Source: a bacterium (lineage in GTDB: Bacteria; Sysuimicrobiota; Sysuimicrobiia; Sysuimicrobiales; Kaftiobacteriaceae). From it: 20,477 nucleotides of DNA. Position numbers and translations under genes: made by a program. Under the pieces are notes generated by a model, which made no database searches, was not told where the DNA came from, and worked only from the letters and a program-made list of their open reading frames with translations. Shown in pieces: positions 1 to 8,540 of this stretch (position 1 is its first letter; every line of letters starts with the position of its first letter). The stretch covers positions 1 through 20,477 of the forward strand of contig JBIOWP010000101.1 of NCBI GenBank assembly GCA_044868695.1. Direction: 5' to 3'.

Positions 1-850
<850 letters not shown>

Positions 851-964
851 CTTATGAGTGCCTCCAGAGCCACCCAGCCGCCAGTCCAGGCTTTGCAACC
901 AGCGTCACTGGGGGCGGTTTGAATATCCTCTGCGCTCCCGTCACACTACACTACTTCAGTATAA

Positions 965-1014
965 TGACTCGTGAGCCGCGAACCGCGGACCGCGATTCAC
1001 GAATCACGAGTCAC
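965..1014. repeat. Heptamer tandem array closed by a 10-bp inverted repeat
   Basis: gactcgt gagccgc gaaccgc ggaccgc gattcac gaatcac gagtcac; TGACTCGTGA (965-974) pairs with TCACGAGTCA (1004-1013). Confidence 0.7.
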
Positions 1015-1019
1015 CCGGC

Positions 1020-1095
1020 TGGAGCCCACGACCGGATTCGAACCGGTGACCTTGTCCTTACCAAGGACACGCTCTGCCACCTGAGCTACGTGGGC
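1020..1095 (-). tRNA. tRNA-Thr(GGT)
   Basis: Reverse complement GCCCACGTAGCTCAGGTGGCAGAGCGTGTCCTTGGTAAGGACAAGGTCACCGGTTCGAATCCGGTCGTGGGCTCCA; cloverleaf, anticodon GGT, encoded CCA; upstream of tuf as in thrT-tufB. Confidence 0.97.
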
Positions 1096-1109
1096 GCGTT
1101 GCAACCCGT

Positions 1110-1138
1110 ATTATAGGAGGGGTATATACCCATTTCAA
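1110..1138 (-). promoter_or_regulatory. Sigma70-type promoter for tRNA-Thr/tuf
   Basis: TTGAAA (1138-1133), 17-bp spacer, TATAAT (1115-1110); the spacer contains the perfect palindrome GGGTATATACCC. Confidence 0.8.
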
Positions 1139-1165
1139 GCGGCGCGCGCCGGGGGAGGGAGTCGT

Positions 1166-1231
1166 GTGGACTGGGTTGGGCTGCTGGTTGTGGGGCTGCT
1201 GATTTGGTTTCTCTTCTTCCGAAAACCATAA
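1166..1231 (+). CDS. Putative 21-aa single-pass membrane microprotein MDWVGLLVVGLLIWFLFFRKP
   Basis: GGAGG (1154-1158) 7 nt before GTG; uninterrupted hydrophobic stretch followed by RK; TAA at 1229-1231. Confidence 0.5.
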   Translation: MDWVGLLVVGLLIWFLFFRKP

Positions 1232-1245
1232 GGGCTCAGTATAAT
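1217..1245 (+). promoter_or_regulatory. Promoter for tRNA-Gly/Cys
   Basis: TTCCGA (1217-1222), 17 bp, TATAAT (1240-1245), 13 nt before tRNA-Gly. Confidence 0.65.
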
Positions 1246-1258
1246 GAAGAACAGGTTT

Positions 1259-1333
1259 GCGGGAGTAGCTCAGTGGTAGAGCGTCTCCTTGCCAAGGAGA
1301 AGGTCGCGGGTTCAAGTCCCGTCTCCCGCTCCA
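1259..1333 (+). tRNA. tRNA-Gly(GCC)
   Basis: GCGGGAGTAGCTCAGTGGTAGAGCGTCTCCTTGCCAAGGAGAAGGTCGCGGGTTCAAGTCCCGTCTCCCGCTCCA. Confidence 0.97.
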
Positions 1334-1349
1334 GCGTTCGACCGGTCAG

Positions 1350-1424
1350 GGCGGCGTAGCCAAGAGGCAAGGCAGGGGTCTGCAAAACCCCCACTCCCCG
1401 GTTCGAATCCGGGCGCCGCCTCCA
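1350..1424 (+). tRNA. tRNA-Cys(GCA)
   Basis: GGCGGCG/CGCCGCC acceptor stem, anticodon arm GGGGT-CTGCAAA-ACCCC, U73 discriminator, CCA. Confidence 0.97.
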
Positions 1425-1477
1425 CACGAACCGCGGGGAACGCGGGATCGCCAGAACGCGAACGGATAGATTCCACT

Positions 1478-1511
1478 GACCAGGGCCGGTCTGCCTGGTC
1501 GTTCCGCTTTC
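1478..1511 (+). terminator. Possible terminator or processing hairpin between tRNA-Cys and tRNA-Leu
   Basis: GACCAGG...CCTGGTC stem followed by a weak T-tract (gttccgcttt). Confidence 0.3.
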
Positions 1512-1526
1512 TGACTGGGTATGCCC

Positions 1527-1532
1527 TATAAT
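1527..1532 (+). promoter_or_regulatory. -10 element for tRNA-Leu
   Basis: Perfect TATAAT in a GC-rich context, 7 nt before the tRNA 5' end; no clear -35. Confidence 0.55.
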
Positions 1533-1539
1533 CGGGACT

Positions 1540-1628
1540 GGGCGGGTGGCGGAACCGGAATACGCGGAGCTCTTAAAAAGCTCTGGTCCGAAGGGACCTT
1601 GAGGGTTCGACTCCCTCCCCGCCCACCA
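1540..1628 (+). tRNA. tRNA-Leu(TAA)
   Basis: GGGCGGG/CCCGCCC acceptor stem, GAGCT-CTTAAAA-AGCTC anticodon arm, long variable arm, A73, CCA. Confidence 0.96.
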
Positions 1629-1637
1629 CGAACCCGC

Positions 1638-2165
1638 CTAACTCTGCAGCCTGTGATTTTCCCGTAAGGCAGGAAGATAGCGCTCCAGAAGCGCGAAGCC
1701 GCCGAAGAGGACTGCCACGTAGGACAGATCGCCAAGGACGGTGTTCCGGAAGAACGGCAGCGCCGCCAGGTACGCGGTCGCAAGGCCGGCCCACGACTTT
1801 GAGTAGAGCGTGCCGGTTGCCCATACCCCGAAGTTGGTGACCAGGAAGAAGAGGACCGAACTCGCCACCGCAGCAATTGTGACCGGGACCAGGGCCTTCC
1901 CCCTGCGAAGCCGGGAGCCTATCAGCACGATCAGCGCAAAGCTTACGTAGACGAACGGCAGCGTGCCATGAAACCCCAGGACCAGGTCGCTCAGAGCCAT
2001 CGCCGCGAGGGGCACAAGGTACGCAGCGGCGGGATTGGCAAAGTGCGCTCCTCCAAAGAGCGCCATCGCAGCGATCGGTGTGACGTTGGGAGGATGAGGC
2101 ATCAGGCGTGACGCCGCGGCGAGCACAATCCCGGCGATCAGGATCAGAGGACGCGTGGAAACCAT
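1638..2165 (-). CDS. DUF6580-family putative transport protein (S-component-like membrane protein)
   Basis: Several TM helices; motifs RLMPHPPNVTPIAAMALFGG, SDLVLGFH, FFLVTNFGVW, ALPFFRNTVLGDL; GAGGTG RBS before ATG 2165. Confidence 0.75.
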   Translation of the reverse strand: MVSTRPLILIAGIVLAAASRLMPHPPNVTPIAAMALFGGAHFANPAAAYLVPLAAMALSDLVLGFHGTLPFVYVSFALIVLIGSRLRRGKALVPVTIAAVASSVLFFLVTNFGVWATGTLYSKSWAGLATAYLAALPFFRNTVLGDLSYVAVLFGGFALLERYLPALRENHRLQS

Positions 2166-2205
2166 CAACAGATCACCTCGTTCCAGGAATTTGCTGCCGA
2201 AGACC

Positions 2206-2784
2206 TTAAGACCTCTTGCCCTCTACAATGGCCAGGAACTCCGCTCGTGTGCGAGGGTCGTCTCTGAAGATCCCGCGCGTCGCCGACGTCACGACCTTGC
2301 TTCCTGGTTTCTTAATTCCTCTAATCGTCATACACAAATGCTCGGCTTCAATCACAACACCGGCACCTGCAGCACCCAAGCCGCCCTGGCACAGGAAGTC
2401 TGCAATCTGTGAAGTGAGCCGTTCCTGCACTTGCGGTCTCCGCGCAAGGATTTCTACCAGACGTGCCACTTTGCTGATCCCGAGAATACGGCCCTGTGGA
2501 ATGTACCCAACATGTGCGATGCCGATGAAGGGCAGCAGATGATGTTCACAGAAGCTGCTGAAGGGAATGTCCTTGACGACGACCATCTCGTGATGATCTT
2601 CGTCGTCGAACCCTACTTCTAGCAACTCGCGTGGGTCCTCCGTCAGACCTGAAAACAGCTCCTCGTACATGTCGGCGATCCGCCGCGGAGTATCGATGAG
2701 CCCCTCGCGTTTTCCGTTTTCGCCGATGGCCTCGATAATATCTTTGACCGCCTGCTCGATCGCGGACTTATCCAACGATGTCAC
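2206..2784 (-). CDS. folE: GTP cyclohydrolase I
   Basis: [44 protein letters not shown]. Start is GTG 2784 or TTG 2775 (GGAGGTG RBS favours 2775). Confidence 0.97.
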   Translation of the reverse strand: MTSLDKSAIEQAVKDIIEAIGENGKREGLIDTPRRIADMYEELFSGLTEDPRELLEVGFDDEDHHEMVVVKDIPFSSFCEHHLLPFIGIAHVGYIPQGRILGISKVARLVEILARRPQVQERLTSQIADFLCQGGLGAAGAGVVIEAEHLCMTIRGIKKPGSKVVTSATRGIFRDDPRTRAEFLAIVEGKRS

Positions 2785-3983
2785 CTCCGAAGTTGAGCGG
2801 GCGCGGGCTGCCGGTAGCCGCAGAAAAACTCCATCATCCGCGCCACGCGGACCATCGCCTGCACGTCGTGCACCCGCAGCATGTTGGCGCCCTGCGCGAT
2901 GGCGAACGCCACGGCCGCGGCGGTTCCTTCCAGCAGTTCGTCGGGATGCAGCCGCAAGAGATCCCGGATGTAGTCTTTCCGTGATGTGGCCACGAAAATT
3001 GGGAAGCCCAGGCTGCGCAGCTCCGGCAGCCGGCGCATCAATTCGATGTCGCGCGACGGGTGTTTGCCGAAGTTGAGCCCCGGATCGACGAGGATGCGCT
3101 CCCGCGCGATCCCCGCTGCCATCAGGTCCTCGGTCCGCCGCTTCAAAAAAGCAGCTACCCAGTCCATCATCGAGGGAAGGTCCAGGTCGTCGTAGTGATG
3201 CTTGGGACGGCCGTGAAGGTGCATGATGACGATACCTGCCTGACTCTGGGCGACCACCCGGACCATCTCCGGGCTGGAGACCCCGCTGATGTCGTTCACC
3301 AGTACGGCGCCTGCCTCGATCGCGGCCTTGGCGACCTCGGGCTTGTACGTGTCGACTGCCACCGGCCGGTCGCAGCGGCGGGCCAACTCGGCGATAAGAG
3401 GCGTCACCCGCCGGATCTCCTCTTGAACCGGCACCGGATCGCCCTCCTGAGCCGTTTCTCCCCCGACTTCAATCACATCGACGCCTTCCTGCACCATCTC
3501 CTCCGCACGCGCCAGCGCCGCTTCTATGCCGTAGTGACGCCCGCGATCGTAAAATGAGTCCGGCGTGTTGTTTAGGATTCCGGCGATGTAGACGCGCGAC
3601 GCAAAGTCGAAGCGGTGGCGCCCGAGGGTCACCGCGGGCGGCGGGCTCGTCACGGCCCCCAGCGTGGACCGGAGGGCATCGGCAACCGCTGGATCTGCCT
3701 TGCCGAGGAACTGCTCAAACTGAGCCACACTTCCCCCCAGCACTGCCTGCAGGCGGTCCTGCAGCGGCGGACCCGCCGGCGCCGGCCCCGAGGCCGCGCC
3801 GCCGTAGCGCACAAAATCCGCCACTGCGCGGCGCAACGGTCCTTCCGGCGCAATCAGCCGGATCCGCGCGAATGACGTGCCGGCCGGGGTCTCGCGATCC
3901 GGTAGCGGCGTCAAGGCCCACGCCCAGTACAACCCGTTCGGTTCAGTCACGGTATCACTCAACGGGAGATGTGGAACATCCAT
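2781..3983 (-). CDS. folP: Dihydropteroate synthase-like protein with long N-terminal extension
   Basis: [42 protein letters not shown]. Start most likely ATG 3983, because the ORF-track start at 4190 overlaps the MFS gene. Confidence 0.85.
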   Translation of the reverse strand: MDVPHLPLSDTVTEPNGLYWAWALTPLPDRETPAGTSFARIRLIAPEGPLRRAVADFVRYGGAASGPAPAGPPLQDRLQAVLGGSVAQFEQFLGKADPAVADALRSTLGAVTSPPPAVTLGRHRFDFASRVYIAGILNNTPDSFYDRGRHYGIEAALARAEEMVQEGVDVIEVGGETAQEGDPVPVQEEIRRVTPLIAELARRCDRPVAVDTYKPEVAKAAIEAGAVLVNDISGVSSPEMVRVVAQSQAGIVIMHLHGRPKHHYDDLDLPSMMDWVAAFLKRRTEDLMAAGIARERILVDPGLNFGKHPSRDIELMRRLPELRSLGFPIFVATSRKDYIRDLLRLHPDELLEGTAAAVAFAIAQGANMLRVHDVQAMVRVARMMEFFCGYRQPAPAQLRR

Positions 3984-4002
3984 TCCAGTATACCGAAAGA
4001 CG

Positions 4003-5286
4003 TTATTCGGCGGGTTCGGGGATGGCGCGCAGCGCCCGCACGGGTGAGAACGCGACCCACAGGAAAGCCAGCGCGCCTCCAGCGACGGAAATGGCGATGG
4101 CCGGGCGGAGCCCCAGCGCCTCGCCGAGCACACCGCCGGCCAGCCCGCCCAGCGGCATCGTGCCCCACACGAGAAACCGCATTGTGGCATTCATGCGGCC
4201 CTGCAATCGGTCCGGTGTAATCGCCTGCCGCAGGCTGACCTGGTTGATGTTGTACACCGGATTCGCGAAGCTTGTCAGCAGCCCCGCGAGGACCAGCACG
4301 AGAAACGCGGTCGCGCGTGTCGCGAACGGGATCGAAATCAACCCGAGCCCATCAATCAGGGTCGCCGCGAGGATCGTGTGGCCGACCCCGAAGCGGGCAG
4401 CCAGCCGGCCGGCCGTGAGCGCACCCAGGAGCCCGGAGACGTTGCTCAGGCTGAAGATGACGCCGATTTGCGCCGGGCCTAACCCGAGTTCACGCGTCGC
4501 GAACAGAATATACAGTGTGGACAGCGCGGAAGTGAAGAAGTTGAACGTCCCGGTGCACCCGGCAATAGAGCGCAGGAGCCTATTGCCGAAGACGACGCCC
4601 AGCCCTTCCCGCACCTCCGCGAGCATGGCGCCGCGCGCGGAGCGCGCGACGACCGGTTCCCGCCCTCTGATCAGCGCGATGAGCCCGCCGGAGACGACAA
4701 ACGACGCCGCGTCCAGCACGATCGCCAGCGGGGCGCTGAGCAGTTGAATCACCACGCCAGCGATCCCGGGCCCGGCGAGGTTGCCCAGCGACCGGGTCGC
4801 CTCGAGTTTGCTGTTGCCTTCCACCAGCTGCCGGCGGTTCACCAGCGCGGGGAGATAGGCCTGATACGCGACGTCAAAGAACACGGTCAGAATGCCCACG
4901 AACAGCCCAACGGCATACAGGTGCGGCATGCTCAGGCCCGCGGTGAGGGCGGCGAACGGAATAGTCAGCAGTACCGCGGCGCGTCCGAGATCCCCGGTAA
5001 TGAGGATCGGCCGCCGGGGCAACCGGTCCACCCAGACGCCGGCGAACAGGCCGATCAACAGAAAGGGCGCCCGCTCCACCGCCGTGAGGATCCCCATCTG
5101 CCCGGCCGTCGCATGGAGCGTCAGCGCGGCGATCAGCGGAATGGCCAGACCCGTGAACTGATCGCCGAAGACCGAGATGGTCTGCGCCGTCCACAGCTTC
5201 ATGAAGTCCGCGTGGCGCCACAGCGGAGCGCTGTCGCGCGGTAGCGCAGTCGCAGCAGAGCGCAGGGTGTCTTCGCGCTGGTCCAT
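4003..5286 (-). CDS. MFS transporter (DHA3/macrolide-efflux-like)
   Basis: FMKLWTAQTISVFGD, motif A GVWVDRLPRRPILI, SLRQAITPDRLQGRMNA, about 12 TMs; ATG 5286 directly after the ABC stop. Confidence 0.92.
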   Translation of the reverse strand: MDQREDTLRSAATALPRDSAPLWRHADFMKLWTAQTISVFGDQFTGLAIPLIAALTLHATAGQMGILTAVERAPFLLIGLFAGVWVDRLPRRPILITGDLGRAAVLLTIPFAALTAGLSMPHLYAVGLFVGILTVFFDVAYQAYLPALVNRRQLVEGNSKLEATRSLGNLAGPGIAGVVIQLLSAPLAIVLDAASFVVSGGLIALIRGREPVVARSARGAMLAEVREGLGVVFGNRLLRSIAGCTGTFNFFTSALSTLYILFATRELGLGPAQIGVIFSLSNVSGLLGALTAGRLAARFGVGHTILAATLIDGLGLISIPFATRATAFLVLVLAGLLTSFANPVYNINQVSLRQAITPDRLQGRMNATMRFLVWGTMPLGGLAGGVLGEALGLRPAIAISVAGGALAFLWVAFSPVRALRAIPEPAE

Positions 5287-5287
5287 G

Positions 5288-6280
5288 TCAGTCGCGCAGC
5301 CGCCGCCCCGTGAGGGCAATGAAGACATCTTCGAGCGACGCCTCAAACAACTGCACGTGGCGCACGCGCAGTCCCGCGTCGCTGATCGCCTGCACCGCCT
5401 TCGGCATCGCGGCGTTCACCTCGGCCAGTTCCACGGTCACGTCCCACGCGCCGTCCATCGGGTGCTGGTCCACAGTTACCTGCGTCACGCCGGAGAGCGG
5501 CCGCAACGCCGGAGCGATGCGATCGGCGGCGCCTTCGACCTCCATGCGCAGGATCATGCCGCGCTGGTGCGCCCGCTTCAATGCCTGCGGGGAGTCCAGC
5601 GCGATGACGCGCCCATGATCGATGATGCCGACCCGTTCGCAGAGCTGATCGGCCTCTTCCATGTGGTGCGTCGTGAGGATGATCGTCTTCCCGCCTTCGC
5701 GATGGAGCCGGCGGATCAGCTCGCGGATATTGCGAGCCCCCTGAGGGTCGAGTCCCGTGGTCGGCTCGTCAAGCATCAGGACCGGGGGATCGTGCAGGAT
5801 GGCCTTGATCAGCGCCAGACGCTGTCGCATCCCGGTGCTGTACCGCTCGACCAGATCGTCGGCGCGGCCGGTGAGCTCGACCGCATCGAGCAGCGCCGCA
5901 ATGCGGGGACCCGCAACGTCCCTGGGGACCTGGTACAATTCCGCAAAGTATTGGAGGTTCTCCCGACCGGTGAGCTTCCAATACACGGATCGCTCGCCGG
6001 CCAGCAGGACGCCGATGTGGCGCCGGACTTCCTCCGGGTTGCGGATGATGTCGTACCCCCACACCCACGCCGTCCCCTCCGTGGGGAGGAGCAGCGTGCA
6101 CAAGAGGCGGATGGTCGTCGTCTTCCCGGCGCCGTTGGGTCCGAGGAGCCCAAAGAGCTCACCACGCGCGATCCGCAGCTCGACGCCGTCCACCGCGGTG
6201 ATGCCGGCTGAGGCAGGGGGGTACGCGGCAAACCGCTTGGTCAGCCGCTCGAGCCGGACGGCGTGGTCGGGCAGGGTCAC
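5288..6280 (-). CDS. ABC transporter ATP-binding protein (DrrA/NodI-like)
   Basis: Walker A GPNGAGKTT, signature YSTGMRQR, Walker B MLDEPT, H-loop TTHH, C-terminal SLEDVFIALTG. Confidence 0.95.
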   Translation of the reverse strand: MTLPDHAVRLERLTKRFAAYPPASAGITAVDGVELRIARGELFGLLGPNGAGKTTTIRLLCTLLLPTEGTAWVWGYDIIRNPEEVRRHIGVLLAGERSVYWKLTGRENLQYFAELYQVPRDVAGPRIAALLDAVELTGRADDLVERYSTGMRQRLALIKAILHDPPVLMLDEPTTGLDPQGARNIRELIRRLHREGGKTIILTTHHMEEADQLCERVGIIDHGRVIALDSPQALKRAHQRGMILRMEVEGAADRIAPALRPLSGVTQVTVDQHPMDGAWDVTVELAEVNAAMPKAVQAISDAGLRVRHVQLFEASLEDVFIALTGRRLRD

Positions 6281-6621
6281 TCGACGATGACCTCCACTGA
6301 CGCGCCGCTTGGCTCGCGAATGTCCACCAGAGGCCCGGACGTTTCACCTTCCTGCACAGCCCGGAGTAGCTCGTCGAGGTTGACCCCGCGCTCCAGAAGC
6401 TTTTCGCGCGCGCCGGCGGGGAGCAGTCCCAACATGGACCCTGCGATGGCCACGGGAATGGAAAACTGCATCTTCTGTCCGTTGGGGCTCTGGATGCGGA
6501 CGCGCAGGTGCCGCGCGGGGCCGCGCGGGGCGCGGTCGAGCTCCTCGAGCAGCCTGGCGCCTTCCTCCGGCGTGACCTTGCCGTCTTTCACCATTTCGAG
6601 GATCCGCAGCCGCTCATTCAT
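6277..6621 (-). CDS. Small SHOCT-like (YvlB/LiaX N-terminal-like) domain protein
   Basis: MNERLRILEMVKDGKVTPEEGARLLEEL; 4-bp overlaps with both neighbours. Confidence 0.8.
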   Translation of the reverse strand: MNERLRILEMVKDGKVTPEEGARLLEELDRAPRGPARHLRVRIQSPNGQKMQFSIPVAIAGSMLGLLPAGAREKLLERGVNLDELLRAVQEGETSGPLVDIREPSGASVEVIVE

Positions 6622-7808
6622 CGGGCGCCCCGGATGCTGATATCGCCGCTCGTCGTACGCAGTGTCATGGCCGCTCCCGGGCCGCCGACCAAGCCGCGCA
6701 GGCTTCGCCGGTCACCGGTGCGGTTGACTAGCGGAAGCGCACAGTCGATCTCCCCGGACTGCACGGCCGCGTCAATTTCGCCGCGGGTTCCCTCCGGCAG
6801 GATCAGGCCGACATCGCCGCTCAACGTCTCCAGTGAGACGGCGCCGTCCGGCGCCAGCGCCGCCAGGCCGGCTTCGATGTCGCCGGACAGGGTCCGGGCG
6901 CGCAGGGTTCTGGCGCGAACGCCGCGGAACATGAGATCGCCATTCTTCCCCTCGACGGACACGTCGCCGCCGGCCTCGTCGATCGCGACATCGCCGCTGA
7001 TAACGTCCAGCGAGACTCCGCCGGCCCGCTCGACCCTCACGTCGCCGCTGAGGACCCGGCCCGTCACCGTCCCCTCCACGGCGCGCACGTCAACGTCACC
7101 GCTGCGAACGTCCAGGGAGATGCTGTTCGCAACCGCCTGCAGCGACATGTCGCCCCGCATGAGGTCCACGTCGAGTGGTCCGGACAGTCCGGAAGCCTGG
7201 ACGTCCCCTTTCGCCAGCTGCAGCGAGACGGCGACGCCCGCCGGCACGGCCAGCTCGAGATCCACGCGCACGCGCCGCTGTTCCACCTGCGGCACGTCCA
7301 CGAGGACGTCGGCACCGCTGCGGCGCGGGGCCACCATCAACGCCTGGGCCAGCTGCTGCGCGTCGTCCGCCGTCGCTGCCCAGACTCGGCGGAGCGCCCG
7401 CAGACGGAGGTGGCCGTCAGGGGATCCTTTGATCTGAACGTCGCCCCACACGTTGCGCACGGTGAGGCGCTCCCCTGCGGCCATCGGTTCTTCCGCCGAC
7501 GTTTCGGCCTGCCCTTCACCCAGACCCCACAGCGCCTGCAGCGCGCCGAGGAAGCCTGGGCGCAGGATGTCCTTGGTCCGCTTCAGCTCCCGCATGACCT
7601 CTTTCGGGATGGACTCGACCAGCTCGTTAAAGACGCCGCGCAGCTCCGCCCGGAGCTCGGGCGTCTCGGGGAGATCGCCAGGCGCGGGCGAGGGGGACCG
7701 TTCGGCGTCGCTCTCTTCTTCCAGCGCATGCAGCAACGCGTCGGCCTCTTCAACCGAGACCTTGCCTTCCTTCAACATCCTAAGGATCATCTCGCGCTCT
7801 TCGTCCAT
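6618..7808 (-). CDS. DUF4097 beta-strand repeat protein with N-terminal SHOCT-like domain (LiaX/YvlB-like)
   Basis: EREMILRMLKEGKVSVEEADALL, then repeated SGDV-type beta repeats ending TLRTTSGDISI; GGAGG RBS before ATG 7808. Confidence 0.88.
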   Translation of the reverse strand: MDEEREMILRMLKEGKVSVEEADALLHALEEESDAERSPSPAPGDLPETPELRAELRGVFNELVESIPKEVMRELKRTKDILRPGFLGALQALWGLGEGQAETSAEEPMAAGERLTVRNVWGDVQIKGSPDGHLRLRALRRVWAATADDAQQLAQALMVAPRRSGADVLVDVPQVEQRRVRVDLELAVPAGVAVSLQLAKGDVQASGLSGPLDVDLMRGDMSLQAVANSISLDVRSGDVDVRAVEGTVTGRVLSGDVRVERAGGVSLDVISGDVAIDEAGGDVSVEGKNGDLMFRGVRARTLRARTLSGDIEAGLAALAPDGAVSLETLSGDVGLILPEGTRGEIDAAVQSGEIDCALPLVNRTGDRRSLRGLVGGPGAAMTLRTTSGDISIRGAR

Positions 7809-7838
7809 ACCCGCCTCCAAGAGTGTCGGCCGATCTTG

Positions 7839-8219
7839 TCACGCCTTGGCCTCGCGCAGCAGCCGCAGCGCTTCCTCCGCGCTTATCGTTCCGGCATCCA
7901 GCGCGTCGAGCACTTCGCGCCGCCGCCGCGTGGTCTCCGGCTTCCGCTCGGGCTCGACCGCGTACCCGAGCGCAACGAGCAATCCGTCGAGGCGGTTGCG
8001 CACAGTGGGATACGAAAGACCTAGCTCGCGTTCTACTTCCTTGATGTTGCCGCGGGCCTTCAGGAACAGGTCCAGAAACGCAAGTTGCTCGGGATCCAGC
8101 CGGCTGAACTTCGCAGGTTCGAAGTGTCCTTCAACCGCCGTGCCGCAGTTCGTGCACTGCAGCCTGACCACCTCGAGGTCGTGACTACAGACCGGGCATT
8201 TCCCCGGTGCGTGTGGCAT
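7839..8219 (-). CDS. DUF2089-family protein (Zn-ribbon + HTH + SHOCT-like), putative regulator
   Basis: CPVC...CTNC, GNIKEVERELGLSYPTVRNRLD, EVLDALDAGTISAEEALRLL; GGAGG-rich RBS before ATG 8219. Confidence 0.9.
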   Translation of the reverse strand: MPHAPGKCPVCSHDLEVVRLQCTNCGTAVEGHFEPAKFSRLDPEQLAFLDLFLKARGNIKEVERELGLSYPTVRNRLDGLLVALGYAVEPERKPETTRRRREVLDALDAGTISAEEALRLLREAKA

Positions 8220-8403
8220 CAGGCGGGATCCTCCCTCCACTGCCGGATGCGGCCGAGGCCTGCTCAAGGGCGCGGGCGATCCTGCTCCAGATCGAGCTGC
8301 GCGGCGGCTCGGCCTTCCGAGCCAGCCTCATCTGCTCAGCCAGACGCAGCTGCTCCTGGATCCGCTCTTGCGCCAATCTCTCAAGGAACAGCTGGTTGTA
8401 CAT
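8185..8403 (-). CDS. Small hypothetical helical protein, first gene of the DUF2089 operon
   Basis: Strong RBS GAGGAGGAG before ATG 8403; MYNQLFLERLAQERIQEQLRLAEQMRLARK; overlaps the DUF2089 start by 35 nt. Confidence 0.55.
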   Translation of the reverse strand: MYNQLFLERLAQERIQEQLRLAEQMRLARKAEPPRSSIWSRIARALEQASAASGSGGRIPPDATRTGEMPGL

Positions 8404-8448
8404 CGCTCTCCTCCTCAATCCTCACATATAATCATCAGAGCATCATAA

Positions 8449-8477
8449 ACATTAATATATGACTTCCATTTTGTCAA
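8449..8477 (-). promoter_or_regulatory. Sigma70-type promoter of the DUF2089 operon
   Basis: TTGACA (8477-8472), 17 bp, TAATGT (8454-8449) in an AT-rich intergenic region. Confidence 0.65.
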
Positions 8478-8540
8478 TATGCAGCGCTAGATTAGTCGCA
8501 TATCGTACGTGTGTACGCATATATTGAGAGGGCATGGAAA

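Noticed and set aside
1058..1876. ORFs overlapping the tRNA genes
   Set aside because: Translations of tRNA sequence or alternate frames of the DUF6580 gene.
1540..2800. Genomic island integrated at tRNA-Leu
   Set aside because: No integrase and no duplicated tRNA 3' end seen in the window.
3984..4190. FolP N-terminus extended to 4190
   Set aside because: Overlaps the MFS gene in another frame; TATACT at 3992-3987 and ATG 3983 fit better.
8497..8525. Short hairpin CGTAC-gtgt-GTACG as the ogt terminator
   Set aside because: Stem is weak and there is no clear U-tract.
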